Position numbers and translations under genes: made by a program. A stretch of DNA of 64,000 nt, from assembly GCA_963674965.2 (NCBI GenBank), contig CAXXFL010000001.1, positions 992,001 to 1,056,000 of the forward strand. Direction: 5' to 3'. The notes beneath the pieces are model-generated. The model saw only the letters and a program-made list of their open reading frames with translations. It did not search any database and was not told the origin of the DNA. Positions 60,209-64,000 of the stretch are shown piece after piece. This stretch comes from a bacterium (GTDB lineage Bacteria > RBG-13-61-14 > DATKZS01). Positions within the stretch are counted from its first letter, which is position 1, and each line of letters opens with the position of its first letter.

Positions 60209-60719
60209 ACTCGGACAGAGTTTTCGCGAAAACCGAGGCGGCCTCCTCCCCGAAGAGCACGAAGTATACTCTTTCGAGAGGACCGCCCTTGTCGAGATAA
60301 TCAATCGTTTCCTCGATCATGACCCGGGCGCACTTGTCGAGAGGGAAGCCCGCTATCCCCGTCCCGATGGCGGGGAAGGCGACGGTCTTGAGCCCGTTTT
60401 GGCCGGCCAGGCGAAGGCTTTGCGCGACCGACGACCTCAGGTTCGGCTCCGCGGTTTTTCCGCCAAGGCTCATCGAGGCCGCGTGAATGACGCGTCGCGC
60501 CTTGAGGTTGCCCGCGCCGGTAATGGCGGCCCCACCCACGTTGATGGCGCCTATACGGTCGCATTCCTCCTGGATGGACGGCCCCCCCTTCTTCCTGATG
60601 GCCCCGGCCACGCCCGCGCCCAGCTTCAAGTCGTTATTGGCCGCGTTCACGATGGCGTCAACGTCCATCTCGGTCAGGTCGCCCTCGACGACGACTATCT
60701 TTTCAAGCGACTTGGACAT
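60198..60719 (-). CDS. Macro domain protein (ADP-ribose binding/hydrolase)
   Basis: [46 protein letters not shown] upstream of ATG 60719. Confidence 0.93.
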   Translation of the reverse strand: MSKSLEKIVVVEGDLTEMDVDAIVNAANNDLKLGAGVAGAIRKKGGPSIQEECDRIGAINVGGAAITGAGNLKARRVIHAASMSLGGKTAEPNLRSSVAQSLRLAGQNGLKTVAFPAIGTGIAGFPLDKCARVMIEETIDYLDKGGPLERVYFVLFGEEAASVFAKTLSEFKG

Positions 60720-60824
60720 GATATTCCTCCTTGCAAAATCATGGGCCGAAGCGGTTTTCAAATTCTCTTTTACTGATGTATCATGGAACAAATAATCAGG
60801 CAACAAATCTTATATATATCGAGC

Positions 60825-61880
60825 ATGAACAAGGAAAACGACATAGAAAAAGTAAGGCTTTGCTCCCGCTCGAGCGCCTCGGGGTGAGCGGCCAAGCTGG
60901 GTCCGGGCGACCTCAGGCAAATCCTTACCGGGCTCGACCAGCCCGTAAACGAGAGGCTTATCGTAGGGGCCGACACGGCCGACGACGCGGGCGTTTACAA
61001 GCTCGATGAGTCTACTGGCCTTATTTTGACGGTCGACTTCTTTACGCCCATCGTGGACGACCCCTATGAGTTCGGCGCCATCGCGGCCGCCAACTCCCTC
61101 TCGGACGTGTACGCCATGGGCGGAAGGCCCCTGGCGGCGCTGAACGTCTGCTGTTTTCCGCCCAAGGAGGACAAGGACCTTTTGCGCTCGATCCTGCAGG
61201 GCGGGGCCGACAAGCTGAGGGAGGCAGGCGCGGTCCTGGCGGGGGGCCACTCGGTGCGCGACGACGACCTCAAATACGGGATGGCCGTGATCGGGATCGC
61301 CCCTCCCGGCGAGGTTTTGACCAACGGCGGGGCCAGGCCGGGCGACAAGCTGATCCTGACCAAACCCATCGGCACGGGTCTTCTTTCCACGGCCCGCAAG
61401 AAGAACGCCATCGAGGAGGATGACTTCCGGGTCGCGGTCGAAAATATGCTCGAGCTCAACAAGGCGGGCGCCGAGGCCATGAAGGGTCTCGAGGTTTCCG
61501 CCTGTACCGACGTGACCGGTTTCGGGCTGTTGGGCCATGGCCGCGAGATGGCCGCCGCCTCGGGGGTCTGTCTCGCCATCGAGCTGGCCCTGGTTCCTCT
61601 CCTGGAAAAGTCCCGGTGGTGCGCCGAGAAAGGGCACTCGCCGGGCGGGGCCAAAAGCAATCTCAAGGAGTTCGGCGCCAGCCTGATCGGAAAACCCAAA
61701 CGCGATGAATGGTATTCCATCCTCCCCGACCCTCAGACCTCGGGCGGGTTGCTTATCGCCGTCGGCGCCTCGGACGCGGAGAAGCTAACGGCCAGACTCG
61801 AGGACCTTGGCGTGAGAGGCGGCTGTATCGGGGAAGTCCTGGACGGTCCCGCCGGCGGGATCAAGATCATCGACGAATAA
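60825..61880 (+). CDS. selD: Selenophosphate synthetase, selenocysteine-containing
   Basis: MNKENDIEKVRLCSRSSASG-U(TGA 60885-87)-AAKLGPGDL continues in frame into DDAGVY, TVDFFTPIVDDP, NSLSDVYAMGG, DVTGFGLLGH, DPQTSGGLL. Confidence 0.95.
60888..60918 (+). promoter_or_regulatory. Candidate bacterial SECIS hairpin
   Basis: CTG-GGTC-cgggc-GACC-t-CAG (60897-60916) just 3' of the UGA, with a G-rich loop. Confidence 0.65.
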
Positions 61881-61881
61881 G

Positions 61882-63756
61882 ATGACTCGATCTTTTCCGC
61901 GTCGTAACTATTTATATCTCGCCGCTCTTTTAGCCTTATTATCCTTTTCGTTTTACGCCTGCCCGGGAAGCGGCGACCCGCCCCCGGCGGAAGTTCCCGC
62001 TTTTTCCATCGTCTGGCCCGGAGACACGAGCGGGCCGTTGAAATGGACTCACGATAACCCGGTTCAAAAGGTCTGCCTGCAAGGCGTGTCCAAGAACGCC
62101 GTCCTTATAAGCCCCGAAAAACCCCTCGGCGTAACGCCGCCGGAGGACGTCCTGGGCAAGCAATATATTCTCAGGTTCTGCGCCGGCTCATCCTCCGGGG
62201 AACTCGCTTCCCCGGTCGTCCTCTCGGTGAAGTCGGGAGGCGTGGCTATCGGGTCCCTCCAGCTCGAGGCGGGTAAAAGCCCGGGCTGGCAAGAAGTATC
62301 CATGTCGTATTCTCCCTCCCTCGTCTCCGGCTCGAGCCTGGAGATATCTTCCATCCTCATCGAGCTCGACCGGGAAGCGGAAAACATTTACGTCAGCGAG
62401 CCCCGGCTGATCCTGGAAAACGACGCTCGGGCCAGGCCTTCCGTTTACTTCATCCTGGTCGACGCGACCCGGGCCGACGCCGTCGGGGCCTATGGCGATC
62501 GAGGCAAGTCCACGCCGAATATGGACTCCCTGGCCAAGGACGGGGTATTGTTCGAGCGCTGCTACACTTCCTCTCCCTTCACGCTGACGTCGGTGGCCTC
62601 GATCTTCACCGGCCTTCATCCCTGGAATCACCGGGTCATATTCGCCAAGGACGCGGGCCTGGTTTTCCGCGACGAGATACCCACGCTGATCGAGGACTTC
62701 AAGAGGGCGGGCTATCACACGGCAGCTTTTTCGGGGACTTATTTTTTCATGTCCAAAAACGGCTACGCCAAGGGTTTCGATCATTTCGACGAGACCTGCG
62801 CGGACGACTTTTTTCGCGGCGGCGCCGAGTGTCTCAGCGCTCGAGTCGTTCCCTGGGTGGAGGCCCATGTTGACGAGCCCGTGCTGGTGTACGTACATTA
62901 CATTGACCCTCACGCCCCCTACTACGCCCCGCCGCGTTTTCGGGATGCGGCCGCGTCCGGTCTTCCCAAGCCCGGCCATGAGGACGTGGTCCTGGGCGAG
63001 ATCGAGCAGTTCGGAAGCAACCGCAAATGGTACCAGGCGCTCAGGAAGCCGGACGCGGCCGATCTCGAGTATCTCAGGGCCATGTACGACGCCGAGCTCG
63101 AGTACGTGGACGAGGAAATCGGCAAGCTGTTAAAGGCGATAGACCAGAGGCGTCTCGCGGGCGGTCCCGAGCCGTTTATATTATTGACCGCGGACCACGG
63201 TGAGGCTTTTTACGAGCATGGGGCCATGGACCACGTCGCCGACCTTCACGATCCGGTAATGCGGGTACCCTTCATATTGAAAGGTCCGGGCTTGCCCAAA
63301 GGAGAGCGCGCGCCGGAGGCGGTAAGGACCATCGACTATCTTCCCACGTTGCTGGACCTGGCTGGAATATCTCCATCCTCGAGGACCGACGGGGTTAGCC
63401 TCCGGCCCCTGCTGGAGGGGGACTCGATCAGGCCCCAACCGGCGGCGGCGGTGCATTTCCTGGAGGGCAAAAAAGAATACGCGCTTGTTTACTGGCCCTG
63501 GAAGATATTCCATCTTCCCGACTCGGGAACGACCTCGCTTTACGACCTCGAAAAAGACCCGGGGGAGCATAAAGACATGTCCGCCCTGGACCCGGAAAGG
63601 TCCAGGGCGATGCTCGAGTACCTCGAGGCCATTTTGCCCAGGGAGGGCGATAACGACGGGACCGCGAGCGACGCGTTCGATCTTGACACCTGGAAGCGCC
63701 TCGAGGAGCTTGGCTATATAGATAAGACCAAGTCCAGGCGCAAGCCCGAGAAATAG
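61882..63756 (+). CDS. Sulfatase-like hydrolase/transferase, probable lipoprotein
   Basis: ILVDATRAD, TPNMD, SPFTLTSVASIFTG, HYIDPHAPY, TADHGE, RVPFI; lipobox-like FYAC. Confidence 0.88.
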   Translation: MTRSFPRRNYLYLAALLALLSFSFYACPGSGDPPPAEVPAFSIVWPGDTSGPLKWTHDNPVQKVCLQGVSKNAVLISPEKPLGVTPPEDVLGKQYILRFCAGSSSGELASPVVLSVKSGGVAIGSLQLEAGKSPGWQEVSMSYSPSLVSGSSLEISSILIELDREAENIYVSEPRLILENDARARPSVYFILVDATRADAVGAYGDRGKSTPNMDSLAKDGVLFERCYTSSPFTLTSVASIFTGLHPWNHRVIFAKDAGLVFRDEIPTLIEDFKRAGYHTAAFSGTYFFMSKNGYAKGFDHFDETCADDFFRGGAECLSARVVPWVEAHVDEPVLVYVHYIDPHAPYYAPPRFRDAAASGLPKPGHEDVVLGEIEQFGSNRKWYQALRKPDAADLEYLRAMYDAELEYVDEEIGKLLKAIDQRRLAGGPEPFILLTADHGEAFYEHGAMDHVADLHDPVMRVPFILKGPGLPKGERAPEAVRTIDYLPTLLDLAGISPSSRTDGVSLRPLLEGDSIRPQPAAAVHFLEGKKEYALVYWPWKIFHLPDSGTTSLYDLEKDPGEHKDMSALDPERSRAMLEYLEAILPREGDNDGTASDAFDLDTWKRLEELGYIDKTKSRRKPEK

Positions 63757-63781
63757 CCTCTTCTATCCTTTTCGTCCCATC

Positions 63782-64000
63782 CTAGGCCGAGGGGGCGGAG
63801 TTTTTAGGCGGTCTTCCGGGCCCTCTTTTCGCGCCCGCTTTCCTGGCCGTCTTTTTGGCGGCGGCTTTTCTGGGAGCGCCGGCCCGGGTTTTTTTAGCCG
63901 CGCTTTTTTTCGTCCGGCCGGGGGCCTTCTTTTTCACGACCGCCTTTTTGGCCGCCTTTTTGGCCGCCTTTTTGGCGGTTTTTTTCGGTCTTCCCTTTTT
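63782..64000 (-). CDS. C-terminal Lys/Ala-rich histone H1-like tail of a gene starting beyond the window
   Basis: KKGRPKKTAKKAAKKAAKKAVVKKKAPGRT...KRGPGRPPKNSAPSA* with TAG at 63784-63782. Confidence 0.8.
   Translation of the reverse strand, partial: KKGRPKKTAKKAAKKAAKKAVVKKKAPGRTKKSAAKKTRAGAPRKAAAKKTARKAGAKRGPGRPPKNSAPSA

Noticed and set aside
60198-60719. Macro domain as part of a DarTG-like toxin or defence system
   Set aside because: Stand-alone YmdB-like protein with no ADP-ribosyltransferase or sirtuin neighbour.
60885-60887. selD as a pseudogene
   Set aside because: The TGA is at the catalytic Cys/Sec position and is followed by a SECIS-like hairpin.

Overview
A 64 kb, GC-rich chromosomal window from a Gram-negative bacterium (lpxC present), probably a deltaproteobacterial lineage (inference from gene content). 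Housekeeping genes: mutS (partial), serS, lpxC, selD, a thyA-like gene, an acs-like gene and a cysteine desulfurase. Metabolic clusters: MerR-acylase-aminotransferase and acyl-CoA dehydrogenase-etfB-etfA. There are many envelope and glycan genes, one intact IS481-family element and four copies of a 186-bp MITE-like repeat. Most notable: (1) a PspF-clade sigma54 activator that lacks the PspA-binding Trp, carries an atypical receiver domain and is divergent from a NfeD-flotillin operon; (2) EtfA fused in frame to an XRE-HTH/cupin regulator; (3) a MITE built from two inverted REP-like hairpins, one copy interrupted by the IS481; (4) selD with an in-frame UGA (selenocysteine) that the ORF track missed; (5) a membrane-protein gene apparently frameshifted at a poly-T tract. 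All family calls come from motif recognition by eye; no database searches were run. No rRNA, tRNA or CRISPR array was seen.
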